DNA of 64,000 nucleotides, from contig OY968764.1 in assembly GCA_963695335.1 (NCBI GenBank), forward strand, positions 1,248,001 through 1,312,000. Direction: 5' to 3'. Origin of the DNA: an uncultured bacterium. Its GTDB lineage: Bacteria; Babelota; Babeliae; Babelales; Vermiphilaceae. Positions 49,864 through 59,968 of the stretch are shown here, piece after piece. The notes beneath the pieces are model-generated. The model searched no databases. It was not told the origin of the DNA and saw only the letters and a program-made list of their open reading frames with translations. A program made the position numbers and the translations under genes. Positions within the stretch are counted from its first letter, which is position 1. Each line of letters starts with the position of its first letter.

Positions 49864-49975
49864 AGCGCTCGTCCTGATGCTTCGTCAAGCTCAGCAGTAA
49901 ACACCTGCCTTGAGAACTTGCCATGCCTGCCATAGCCTTGGCGACGGCAGGTTGAAGGATATCTTCGAGCGCATT
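49864..49975 (+). repeat. REP left arm containing nested palindromes; inverted partner at 50913-50955
   Basis: AGCGCTCGTCCTGA[insert incl. CCTGCCATAGCCTTGGCGACGGCAGG]TTGAAGGATATCTTCGAGCGCATT. Confidence 0.8.
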
Positions 49976-49985
49976 AAAAAAAAGG

Positions 49986-50885
49986 ATGATTTCCATGTAT
50001 AGAAAACATTCTCCATTCATTTCTATTATTTGCTCACTTTTAATTGTGGGTGCTTTTTTTTTGATGCAACATTTTTGGTATGCACAAAAAAATATTCAAT
50101 ATATTGATTCATATGTTCAAGTAAGCAATATTTTTGCAGAAGCGGATTCAAATACTCTGATTCTTTTCGATGTTGATGAAACACTTATTGAACCTAGGAG
50201 TGTAATATTTAGGCCAAAAACTATTGAAAACAAAGCTAATCTTCCATGGATTATCGATTTAGTATCACGAGTGTATGGCAAAAGTGATAAAACAGAAGAA
50301 TATTATGGAAGTATTTGGAAAGTACAAGAGACGCCATTGCTTATAGAGCCTCATATTGTGTCAGTTATTCAATCATTACAAGATCGTGGTGTAAAGGTTG
50401 TGGCTTTAACAGCTTTAAAAACTGGTTCAAGCTACATTATTTCTTCATTGCCAGAATGGCGATATAACAAATTAAAAGAATTAGGAATTGATTTTGCAAA
50501 AATTGGCTTACCAGATATTATCTTTGATGAATTACCAGAAAAAGATGGTAATTATCCTATGTTATATCGTGGTATATTATGTACCAATGGTGTATCTAAA
50601 GGTGAACTTGCCAGAGCTTTTCTAGATCGAATACAATGGAGACCTGATAAGGTTATTTTTTTTGATGATAATAAAGCTCGGGTTAAAGAAGTTGAAGAAG
50701 CTATGCAAAAACACTCAATTCCTTTCCAAGGGTTTGTGTATCTTGGTGCAGAATATATGCCAGGAGAGCTTAATAAAGAGGTTGCTGAATTTCAATTGAA
50801 TTATCTTGTAGAACATGAAGATTGGATAAGTGATGAGCAAGCTTTATCGCTTCTGAATAATCGTGCGATAGCTTATGAATATTAA
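49986..50885 (+). CDS. DUF2608-like HAD-superfamily protein with N-terminal anchor
   Basis: LILFDVDETLI (DxD), VVALTA, SKG and VIFFDDN motifs. Confidence 0.85.
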   Translation: MISMYRKHSPFISIICSLLIVGAFFLMQHFWYAQKNIQYIDSYVQVSNIFAEADSNTLILFDVDETLIEPRSVIFRPKTIENKANLPWIIDLVSRVYGKSDKTEEYYGSIWKVQETPLLIEPHIVSVIQSLQDRGVKVVALTALKTGSSYIISSLPEWRYNKLKELGIDFAKIGLPDIIFDELPEKDGNYPMLYRGILCTNGVSKGELARAFLDRIQWRPDKVIFFDDNKARVKEVEEAMQKHSIPFQGFVYLGAEYMPGELNKEVAEFQLNYLVEHEDWISDEQALSLLNNRAIAYEY

Positions 50886-50912
50886 AATAGTTTTTGGTTT
50901 GAATGTATATTG

Positions 50913-50955
50913 TAATGCGCTCGAAGATACCCTTCGACAGGCTCAGGGTGAGCGC
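50913..50955 (-). repeat. REP right arm
   Basis: TAATGCGCTCGAAGATACCCTTCGACAGGCTCAGGGTGAGCGC; 22/23 nt inverted match to 49954-49976. Confidence 0.88.
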
Positions 50956-50981
50956 CTGAAATATTGTTGTATAAATTAATA

Positions 50982-51173
50982 AAAACTAAGCCAAGTAGGT
51001 CATATTTACAACCTATTTGGCTTAAAACGAGCGATTCATTCTAAAACAGATTCATACTTCAATGACACGACTCAATTGCTATTACAACAAAAATTCTGCA
51101 ATTTGAAACTATTACTTCCAAATTGCAGAAAATATAAATTTAAGTCGATTCAATCGCACTATTCTCTATTCTT
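50982..51173. repeat. Two-hairpin non-coding element, copy 2
   Basis: TAAGCCAAGTAGG/CCTATTTGGCTTA and TTCTGCAATTTGAAA/TTCCAAATTGCAGAA; colinear with 41511-41748 apart from about 45 nt. Confidence 0.8.
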
Positions 51174-51180
51174 GCCAACC

Positions 51181-51741
51181 TTACACATCAGGACTATCAT
51201 CATTCAAAAAGAACTGAATATTAGATGGTGCGCCAAGCTCCAAAGCTACTGCCAACGGTCTATCTTTATACATCAGCGCATCAGGATTAATCATCATTGC
51301 TTCAATATCAGCTTTTTTGTCTAAAATAATATCTTTACCCACAATTTTATTATTCGGTAATTTTACGCCATCTCCTGGAGTGATAAAGTACCCCTTTTTG
51401 GTTGAAACAACTTGATATGCAATGTGCTGCATAGTTGGATTTTCTTGCACATATGGCCCTTGCCATTTTTCTGGATGTGCTAAATTCATCGGCCCTACTT
51501 CTGATCCGGTGAATTTTTCTACATTCAAAAAATTAATAGAATGTTTCTGATTATCAAAATCAATAATCACACAATTTTTATGAATACGGTGAAATACATC
51601 TCGCAATTCTACTACTGCATCTGCCATCATCATCCCTGAATCATCTTTTGCACGATACACGGTATTTATCAATGTCATGCCAATAAAAAATGCAGTTGCT
51701 ATAACAACTGCTGGTAATAAATACTTTTGAATTTTTTTCAT
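51181..51741 (-). CDS. Membrane-anchored hypothetical protein with a GspG-like WxGPY motif
   Basis: N-terminal TM helix; PEKWQGPYV. Start moved to ATG 51741 (RBS AAGGA). Confidence 0.65.
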   Translation of the reverse strand: MKKIQKYLLPAVVIATAFFIGMTLINTVYRAKDDSGMMMADAVVELRDVFHRIHKNCVIIDFDNQKHSINFLNVEKFTGSEVGPMNLAHPEKWQGPYVQENPTMQHIAYQVVSTKKGYFITPGDGVKLPNNKIVGKDIILDKKADIEAMMINPDALMYKDRPLAVALELGAPSNIQFFLNDDSPDV

Positions 51742-51761
51742 TATATTCCTTTTGTTTTTAT

Positions 51762-51829
51762 AAGCGCTCATCCTGAACTTGTTGAAGGATTAAGCGCTTT
51801 AATTCTTCGACAGGCTCAGAATGAGCGCT
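51762..51829. repeat. Cargo-free REP doublet with central AGCGCT
   Basis: AGCGCTCATCCTGAACTTGTTGAAGGATTA-AGCGCT-TTAATTCTTCGACAGGCTCAGAATGAGCGCT. Confidence 0.88.
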
Positions 51830-51834
51830 AAGAT

Positions 51835-52848
<1,014 letters not shown>

Positions 52849-52858
52849 TTAAAATTGT

Positions 52859-52944
52859 GTTCGTATCCTTCGACAGGCTCAGGACGAACGGAACTTAATA
52901 TCTTTTAAACCCGTTCGCATTGAGCTTGTCGAAATGCGCGAACG
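52859..52944. repeat. Intergenic REP doublet
   Basis: GTTCGTATCCTTCGACAGGCTCAGGACGAACGG...CCGTTCGCATTGAGCTTGTCGAAATGCGCGAAC. Confidence 0.88.
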
Positions 52945-53043
52945 TCTTTTAAGCATACAGATGACACCAAAAAAAGACAAAACCTAAAAACAACTTGCAA
53001 AATATACGTTCACTAAGATACAAACAATAAAAAGGAGTCTATT

Positions 53044-53793
53044 ATGTTTTACCATTTAATAACACGCGATATTATTGAAATAGTTTTTTATTCCTCATGC
53101 ATATTCACCTTCTGCCAATGGCTCAGAATAGACAAAACAAAAAGTATAACCATCTATTTTTTTGCATATTGCGCACTTGCAATCAGTGCATGGGTAGCAC
53201 AATTACCAACACTCTCACCATTCTTATTCACCTATGCTCCTGTTGCGCTTCTTCTTTTTATTGTACTCCATGAAAAAACATTACAGCGTAACTTAGTTGC
53301 ACTATGCTCAATTACCCCAGCACGCATAGAACATGCTGATTGGCTTGATACACTCTTAAGCAGCAGCCTTGCAACGATTAATGCCAACAAAGCTATTACC
53401 GTAATCATAGAACATAAAGCAGCACTTGATCACTTCCTTACCACTCCTTTCAGCATTAATGCTGACCTAACAAGAAATATTTTGGATATTTTTCTCTCTA
53501 GTTCATCCTATGATGAAGATAAAATGGTATGGGTAAGCACAAGTGGTAAAATACGTGGGATTAATGCAACGTGGAATAATATACAAGAGAAATGTGATGA
53601 TCACATTATATTTAGCACTCATCCTACCAGCAGAACATTTTCTGTGATTATCAATGGCAAAGAAACAAAAAATCTTTCCGCGCATCACGTGCATACAATG
53701 ATCAAAAAACAACTTTCTTCTCTTTCATCATCACAATCGCCTAAAGGAGCGTATCGTGAATATACAAAATCTGAAAAAACTCTTTCTCAGTAG
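53044..53793 (+). CDS. Degenerate CdaA/DacA-like membrane protein (DisA_N fold) lacking catalytic motifs
   Basis: Three N-terminal TM helices; AITVIIEH...INADLTRNIL resembles GALIVIER...LDA; no DGA or RHR; overlaps a YbbR-like gene. Confidence 0.6.
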   Translation: MFYHLITRDIIEIVFYSSCIFTFCQWLRIDKTKSITIYFFAYCALAISAWVAQLPTLSPFLFTYAPVALLLFIVLHEKTLQRNLVALCSITPARIEHADWLDTLLSSSLATINANKAITVIIEHKAALDHFLTTPFSINADLTRNILDIFLSSSSYDEDKMVWVSTSGKIRGINATWNNIQEKCDDHIIFSTHPTSRTFSVIINGKETKNLSAHHVHTMIKKQLSSLSSSQSPKGAYREYTKSEKTLSQ

Positions 53794-54148
53794 CGGACCA
53801 CTCTTAATCATCAGCTTGGTTCTTGGATACAGCTTTTGGTACATTGCAAGTTATGATCAAACTATTATGCTCAATTTGAATGTACCACTCTGTTTTGCTG
53901 GAAAAATAAACAGTTATAATCTATATGCTCCTGAAAAAATAGACGTCTGCCTTAAAGGCAAACGCACTGATATCTATGCATTGGATAAAGAAGCTCTTGC
54001 TGCACACGTAAATATCAGTAAACTGTTACCAGGAAAACATGGTATATTATTAACAGAACAACATCTCTTTTTACCCAAAAATATAACTCTGGTGCAGTAT
54101 AAACCTTCCAATCTTACCATAACCATTTCAGACAACAGTAACGCTTAG
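53756..54148 (+). CDS. YbbR/CdaR-like single-domain protein
   Basis: ISLVLGYSFW TM; PEKIDVCLKGKR; AHVNISKLLPGKH; LPKNITLVQYKPSNLTITI. Confidence 0.7.
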   Translation: MNIQNLKKLFLSSGPLLIISLVLGYSFWYIASYDQTIMLNLNVPLCFAGKINSYNLYAPEKIDVCLKGKRTDIYALDKEALAAHVNISKLLPGKHGILLTEQHLFLPKNITLVQYKPSNLTITISDNSNA

Positions 54149-54153
54149 GAAAC

Positions 54154-54792
54154 ATGATGTCTCAAAAACCAAATTTTTTTATTTCTTTTATTGATTCAGT
54201 CAGTTCTCTGTTTTTAACAGGACTTTTTTGTATATTACCCATAACACTCACTATTGCGGTATTTACTATCTCATTCCGTGTAATTGTTAATTGGCTTGAA
54301 CCGTTACGCCGTTTTAACATACCATTTTTAAATGCGATTCCTTATTCAGAAGTTATTTTAGCACTCGCGCTTATTTTTGCTGCAGGAATGCTCTATAACA
54401 TGTTTTTATTGCGCCCTATCATTCATGCAATAGAAAATCTGTTCTCACGCATTCCACTCATTCGTCCAGTCTATTCTGGTATTAAAAAATTGGTCGATGC
54501 TTTCAGTTTTCAAGATAAAGTATCATTCACCAAAGTTGTGCGTGTTGAATTCCCGCGCCCAGGTATTTATAGTATTGGATTTCTTGCCAACCAAGTGGAT
54601 GAAAAAATTGCTCCTGACATGAATGCAAAATATTTTAGCATTTTCATTCCAACAACACCAAACCCAACAAGTGGTTTTTTAATTATTGCACCAGAAGAGC
54701 AAATAGCCATTCTTGAAATTTCTCGCCAAGAAGCTATGGCAATGGTAATATCTGGAGGTATTATTCAACCCGATACTGATAAAATAAAATAA
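54154..54792 (+). CDS. DUF502 family membrane protein
   Basis: FLTGLFCILPITLT, RIPLIRPVYSGIK, VEFPR, FIPTTPNPTSGF, VISGG. Confidence 0.93.
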   Translation: MMSQKPNFFISFIDSVSSLFLTGLFCILPITLTIAVFTISFRVIVNWLEPLRRFNIPFLNAIPYSEVILALALIFAAGMLYNMFLLRPIIHAIENLFSRIPLIRPVYSGIKKLVDAFSFQDKVSFTKVVRVEFPRPGIYSIGFLANQVDEKIAPDMNAKYFSIFIPTTPNPTSGFLIIAPEEQIAILEISRQEAMAMVISGGIIQPDTDKIK

Positions 54793-54831
54793 GATATGAT
54801 AACTATTCATACAGCCTGATCAATATTATCC

Positions 54832-54970
54832 CGCGCTCGCCCTGAACTTGTTGAAGGGTATCTTTCGAGCGCTCGAAGATATCCTTTTTCCCCAGTTTTC
54901 GTTTCACTCCAAACCGGGGTCCCCGTCTGAAGGAACTGAAGATGGGGTTAAACAGGCTCAGGATGAGCGC
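54832..54970. repeat. Cargo-free REP doublet with central TCGAGCGCTCGA and a nested hairpin insert in the right arm
   Basis: GCGCTCGCCCTGAACTTGTTGAAGGGTATCTT-TCGAGCGCTCGA-AGATATCCTT[~60 nt]AACAGGCTCAGGATGAGCGC. Confidence 0.85.
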
Positions 54971-54972
54971 AT

Positions 54973-55803
54973 ATGCGATATATAATTCTTCTCTTAAGTT
55001 TATATACAACACCGTTGTATGGTATGAAATCTTTAATTGAAAAAGAGCCACGCTATTGTTTTAAAAACTTAACGGTCTTCAGCTATGATGGCTGGGAAGG
55101 TAATGCTATTTTCATCGCAAAAAACGCCGCATTAGTTCATTCCAATACACCAATAATAAACAACACAACCAATGACGTTAAAAAACCAGTAAAACATCCT
55201 GAGATAAAAAACCTCTTTTTTAGAGAGCCGCAACAGAATACCTATGATCTTGTTACTGTATATAATCCCTACATGCTCAATAAAAAAAACATACTCATTC
55301 ATCTCAAAGCAATTCATAATTATCTTGCACCATCGGGCAAATTCTGTTTTTTAATAAGAACAAAAGCAAACACTCTCTCTGTTCCTGAACAAGCATTTGC
55401 AACTATCTTCCCCCACGAGTATTTATCTACTCAACGCGCAAAAGAAGAACAAATAAAAGCAAACTATTTTACTGATGATGAACTCAAGGAACTTATCTGG
55501 TCAAATGGATATAATATCAATGTCTACGAAAATAAAACCTATGAAACCATTTTACCCGATATACACGATTATCAAGAAGCACTTGCAGCAACATTTATTC
55601 ACAATATACGCCATACCAATGTATCAAAAACAATAACACAACAGCTCACTGAGCAATTTATACAACTTGTTATGCAACAAAGTAAAAGAAATCGTCGCAA
55701 CCAAATAATAGAATCTTGGAATTTTACAAAAATAATCTTATGCAAAACAGATAAACTCAGGCCTCCTGTATTTTTGAACAATTCACTATTATCAACGCAC
55801 TAA
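54973..55803 (+). CDS. Secreted degenerate SAM-methyltransferase-fold protein
   Basis: LYG|MKS; YDLVTV...AIHNYLAPSGKFCF; motif I not recognisable. Confidence 0.6.
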   Translation: MRYIILLLSLYTTPLYGMKSLIEKEPRYCFKNLTVFSYDGWEGNAIFIAKNAALVHSNTPIINNTTNDVKKPVKHPEIKNLFFREPQQNTYDLVTVYNPYMLNKKNILIHLKAIHNYLAPSGKFCFLIRTKANTLSVPEQAFATIFPHEYLSTQRAKEEQIKANYFTDDELKELIWSNGYNINVYENKTYETILPDIHDYQEALAATFIHNIRHTNVSKTITQQLTEQFIQLVMQQSKRNRRNQIIESWNFTKIILCKTDKLRPPVFLNNSLLSTH

Positions 55804-55888
55804 ACTTAACAAGATTTCTCGACAATACACTGTAGCAATGGTAACATTTGGTGAAATTATTCAATCATATACAAAATAAAGGTTTCCC

Positions 55889-56761
55889 ATGAAAAAATAT
55901 GTTTTACTTGCAGCATTCATAATCAGCGCACTTAATGGAATGGATAATCAACAACCTAAGAACTCATCTATTGTTTCACAACTTTTAGAACATTATAATA
56001 TTCCCATTCAAAATCGTGCCATTTTTCATATTGGATGTACCACAGGAAAAAGATCTGTCGAACTTGCACAAAAAGCATCTCGCGTTCATGTATTCGATCA
56101 AAATAAAAATTTTATTGATACTGCGCAAAACACATACCAAGATATCAAAAACATTACGTTTGAACAATGTAATCCCATGAATTTTAATTTTCCAAGACAA
56201 TGCGATGTGGCAATCATTGATTACACCACAATAAACGATTATGCGGAGATTAATGAACACAAACAAGAACTATTCCAATGTATGCATCAACATTTATTAC
56301 AAAATGGTGAAATATTGCTTTCTATTACAACAACTGAAAACACACCACATCCAAATATTGATGCTGCCAAAGAAATGGCTTCAGTTCTACAAGCATACAT
56401 ACCTGGTACAACAGAAGAAGAAATTATCAATCTTATGACACCATCGTACCCTTCTTTGCAAGACCTACTCACTGCACTCGAAGAAACTGGCTTTGAGATT
56501 ATTACTCATAAAGAACAAATTATTACTAAAGAAATGAACGAAAAAAAATTCTTGAACAGCTGTGAATATATCATTACCCAAAACCCAATATCTGAAAAAA
56601 TACAAGATCCTAATCTTAGAAATGACCTCACTCATCACTTTATACATTCTTATCTAAAACATTTAACCCAGTTTGTACATATACACAATTTGCAAAAAAG
56701 GCATGCAAATACTTACTTAGAACCACTAATTACTACGATCATTCATGCGCGTAAAAAATAA
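55889..56761 (+). CDS. Secreted SAM-methyltransferase-like protein
   Basis: LNG|MDN; IFHIGCTTG, VHVFD, HLLQNGEI, LEETGFEII, IIHARKK. Confidence 0.75.
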   Translation: MKKYVLLAAFIISALNGMDNQQPKNSSIVSQLLEHYNIPIQNRAIFHIGCTTGKRSVELAQKASRVHVFDQNKNFIDTAQNTYQDIKNITFEQCNPMNFNFPRQCDVAIIDYTTINDYAEINEHKQELFQCMHQHLLQNGEILLSITTTENTPHPNIDAAKEMASVLQAYIPGTTEEEIINLMTPSYPSLQDLLTALEETGFEIITHKEQIITKEMNEKKFLNSCEYIITQNPISEKIQDPNLRNDLTHHFIHSYLKHLTQFVHIHNLQKRHANTYLEPLITTIIHARKK

Positions 56762-56773
56762 AAAAGGAATTAC

Positions 56774-57706
56774 GTGAAAAAGTATCTTATTGCTCTGTGC
56801 TTCATCAACAGCCTCAACTGCATGGAAAAGGAATCTTCTCTTAAAAAAACTGAAATATCCAAAAAAATAAGCAAACGTAAAGATTATGATGCGTACGCTT
56901 ATGACAACATCAAAATGAATATTGAAGTAGAAAATACTGTTTTACAATGGTTTCAAGATTGCAACATTGATACCACTGAAAAAACGATTCTGAACATGGA
57001 TTGCAACACAGGTAATATTAATGCAAGACTTGCAGAAACAGCAAAATATGTTCATGGAATTTCCGAAAGTAAAAATTTTATTAATTTTGTACTCAACAAA
57101 CACACAAATGCTATACAGGATGGAAAACTCTCTTTTGAATATGTCAAAACAAAAAATTTTGAATCAAACCCTCAGCAATATGACATAGCAATCACATGTT
57201 CTATGAATAACTGGAAAACTCATAGTGAAAATATCTTACGTAAAGTTAACAAAGGCCTCAAACCAAATGGAGATTTTTTCGCAGTTCTTTTAACAAGTGA
57301 TAATCCTGAAATTTACAGCTATGTTGCTGCTCAAAAATTTATAAAAAAACATATTTCTTCTTATCTTAATTTAGCCAAATTAACAGGCTGGTCGCCTTTA
57401 TCTAAAGAAGCCCTCATAAGTCTCTTTACAACAACAGGCTTTGAAATTATTACCCTCGAAAATCAATCTTGTAAAAGAACAATGACCAAAGATGATATAC
57501 GTGAAAGCGCTAAATATGTGGGTAAAAGCACCCCATTGGCAAAATACATACCAGATAAAAAACTTGAATCAGGCTTAAATAAGTATGCTGATCTGTGTAT
57601 AGAAGAATTACAATGTGTTGATAAAGATAAAGATGAATATACATTTGAGGTATTACTCACTGTTGTTCATGCACGCAAAACTCAAGAAATTGATAATAAA
57701 AAATAA
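56774..57706 (+). CDS. Secreted SAM-methyltransferase-like protein
   Basis: LNC|MEK; ILNMDCNTG, YDIAIT, GLKPNGDF, TTGFEII, VVHARK. Confidence 0.75.
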   Translation: MKKYLIALCFINSLNCMEKESSLKKTEISKKISKRKDYDAYAYDNIKMNIEVENTVLQWFQDCNIDTTEKTILNMDCNTGNINARLAETAKYVHGISESKNFINFVLNKHTNAIQDGKLSFEYVKTKNFESNPQQYDIAITCSMNNWKTHSENILRKVNKGLKPNGDFFAVLLTSDNPEIYSYVAAQKFIKKHISSYLNLAKLTGWSPLSKEALISLFTTTGFEIITLENQSCKRTMTKDDIRESAKYVGKSTPLAKYIPDKKLESGLNKYADLCIEELQCVDKDKDEYTFEVLLTVVHARKTQEIDNKK

Positions 57707-57715
57707 TAAAATCTC

Positions 57716-58147
57716 ATGAAAAACGATTTATTCATTAAAAACGGCATCACCATTCCAGAACATGAATTAGAAATAACCACCAGCAGATCAGGCGGCGCTG
57801 GTGGTCAACATGTCAATAAAACAGAAACACGCATAACTGTGCGGTGGAATATCAAAAACTCAACTACTCTTACTGAAGAACAGAAAAACTATCTTTTAGA
57901 AAAGCTGCATTCACAACTCACCAGCGAAGGCGATATTGTGGTGCACAACAGCGAATCCCGCAGTCAACAACAAAACAAAAAAAATGCTCTTAATAATCTT
58001 GCTGCCATCATACGCAATGCTTTACACAAGCCTAAAAAGCGTATCGCAACAAAAATATCAAAAGCATTAAAAGAAGCACGGTTAAAAACCAAAGCGCATC
58101 GGGGGAAGATTAAAGAGATGCGCAGTAAAAAAATTAGTTTTGATTAA
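57716..58147 (+). CDS. arfB: Alternative ribosome rescue factor B (peptidyl-tRNA hydrolase)
   Basis: SRSGGAGGQHVNKT, RSQQQNK, basic C-terminal tail. Confidence 0.95.
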   Translation: MKNDLFIKNGITIPEHELEITTSRSGGAGGQHVNKTETRITVRWNIKNSTTLTEEQKNYLLEKLHSQLTSEGDIVVHNSESRSQQQNKKNALNNLAAIIRNALHKPKKRIATKISKALKEARLKTKAHRGKIKEMRSKKISFD

Positions 58148-58157
58148 TACATTACTT

Positions 58158-59936
58158 TTATTTATTGCGCTCTGTATTTATAAATGCTTCTACCGCCTCC
58201 ATAAATGTATCAAAAACTGACATTATCTTAGAAGAGGCATGCCTTTTTACAATATCTTCCGCATAGTCTTTATCAAATCCAGCTGTTAAACACACATTAG
58301 TAAACTCATTTTCCTCATGTGATGCATAACGTAATATGTACATTTCTACAGCGATAAATAACCCAACTTTTTTTGCTAAATCAGGGTGTAATCTTTTAAA
58401 TCCTTCATAATCTTTTTTTACACGATCAAATTCATCCATTAATTCCTTAAGGGTATACCTATACATATACTCTCCCTTTCGGATCTTTCCTACTCTTTCA
58501 TTAAGAGCAAACATCATATCAATTACCCTCTTGGCAATCACTTTAATAACAAGTTGTGACGGGATTTTTAAATAATCAAAATAATTTGCTAGGTCAATCA
58601 TTGCATCAAATCCCCAATCCAATGACTTTTGTTTCATACCCCATTCAACATCCCATGTAGATTTTTCTTGAGCGTTCAAATGTTCAATTTTATTAATTTC
58701 AGAGATTACATAATGGATTCTTTCTATGACATGAAAAGGAAATCTCATGGAAATAGCAATCTGTCCATTCTCTTTGCCCAAATCTTCCACAAAGTTTTTA
58801 AGAACTTCACTTTGTTGTAGTATATCCCATGAAAAAACTACTCCATCAGCTATTCCTTCTTGATATATAAAAAACTCACCTGGTTTTAAAGTTTTTTCTA
58901 TCGCAACCACTTTTGCAGCTGCTTCTTCTCTTGTCAGCTTTCTTGCAAAAAATCTCATTTTTCCTTGAGCTACTAGTTCTTGTTCTTGAGCTCGTTGCTT
59001 CTCTATAAAATCTTCCAAGGCGCCTATAAAATACTCTTCAAACCAAGCTGCTAAAGGAGATTTTTTTAATATCTCATCTGCATGTGCTATATACTCATCA
59101 CTTAAATCTATTTCTTTAAATAAATCAGAAGTAGTTTTCAAAAAAACACGATAAGAATATGGTTTTATACATGGAACAAGCTTATAAGCCTTTTTACTAT
59201 ACAGCTCTTTTTTTACCAGCTCAGCCACATCACTATTCAATAATTTTAATTGTGCAAAAAAGTTTTGTACCTCTTTACATACCATCTCTAATTCATTAAA
59301 AGTTATTTTACGGCTAAAATTATCATGTATTACAAGAAAAACGGTATCAACCGTTTTCATTATCCTTGCCGCAATACATACAACAAGCATAGAAATATCA
59401 AGATCTAAAAAGTTATACAAATCAGCAACCCCAACAAGCATTGGAAAGTCTAAAGAAGCAATATCAAATTCTTGTTTTTTACGCCAATCACGTATGTATT
59501 GCTGCTTTGCCTCTTCACTTTCTTTTGTCTTTAAGACATCTAAAAGATCAAATTCGTCTTGTAATATGGAAAAAACTTTTTTGATTACATCATAATGAGC
59601 ATACAAAGGAATAGCACCACTACCCATATCGCCTAAATCCTCAAGCATACTCTTTGTAGAAGGAGCCATTTGCAACAGTTCATGAGGCACAACAATCCCA
59701 TTGTCTGTTCCTGCTTGGTATACAAAAAACTCTCCTGACTTTAAATTTTTTTCTATATCGACAATCTTTTTTGCCGCTTCCATTTCTGCAGTTTTTGCCG
59801 CAGTTGTGGCTCTTTCTCTTTCTATGAGCTTTTTAGTCGATGCTTGGCTCTTTGGCGTCATCTTCATAGAAAAAACATTACCCATAAAAATTATCGTCAA
59901 GAAAGCAATCAATCGAGTTACTCCATTACTCTTCAT
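58158..59936 (-). CDS. Secreted protein with two tandem Skp1/BTB-like domains
   Basis: VFS|MKM; internal duplication; KSMLEDLG..AIPL..VIKKV..W..LVGVADLYNFLDL and LKNFVEDLG..VIERI..W..MIDLANYFDYLKI. Confidence 0.7.
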   Translation of the reverse strand: MKSNGVTRLIAFLTIIFMGNVFSMKMTPKSQASTKKLIERERATTAAKTAEMEAAKKIVDIEKNLKSGEFFVYQAGTDNGIVVPHELLQMAPSTKSMLEDLGDMGSGAIPLYAHYDVIKKVFSILQDEFDLLDVLKTKESEEAKQQYIRDWRKKQEFDIASLDFPMLVGVADLYNFLDLDISMLVVCIAARIMKTVDTVFLVIHDNFSRKITFNELEMVCKEVQNFFAQLKLLNSDVAELVKKELYSKKAYKLVPCIKPYSYRVFLKTTSDLFKEIDLSDEYIAHADEILKKSPLAAWFEEYFIGALEDFIEKQRAQEQELVAQGKMRFFARKLTREEAAAKVVAIEKTLKPGEFFIYQEGIADGVVFSWDILQQSEVLKNFVEDLGKENGQIAISMRFPFHVIERIHYVISEINKIEHLNAQEKSTWDVEWGMKQKSLDWGFDAMIDLANYFDYLKIPSQLVIKVIAKRVIDMMFALNERVGKIRKGEYMYRYTLKELMDEFDRVKKDYEGFKRLHPDLAKKVGLFIAVEMYILRYASHEENEFTNVCLTAGFDKDYAEDIVKRHASSKIMSVFDTFMEAVEAFINTERNK

Positions 59937-59968
59937 TTATGTCCCCATACATTATTAAGTTTTCAAAC

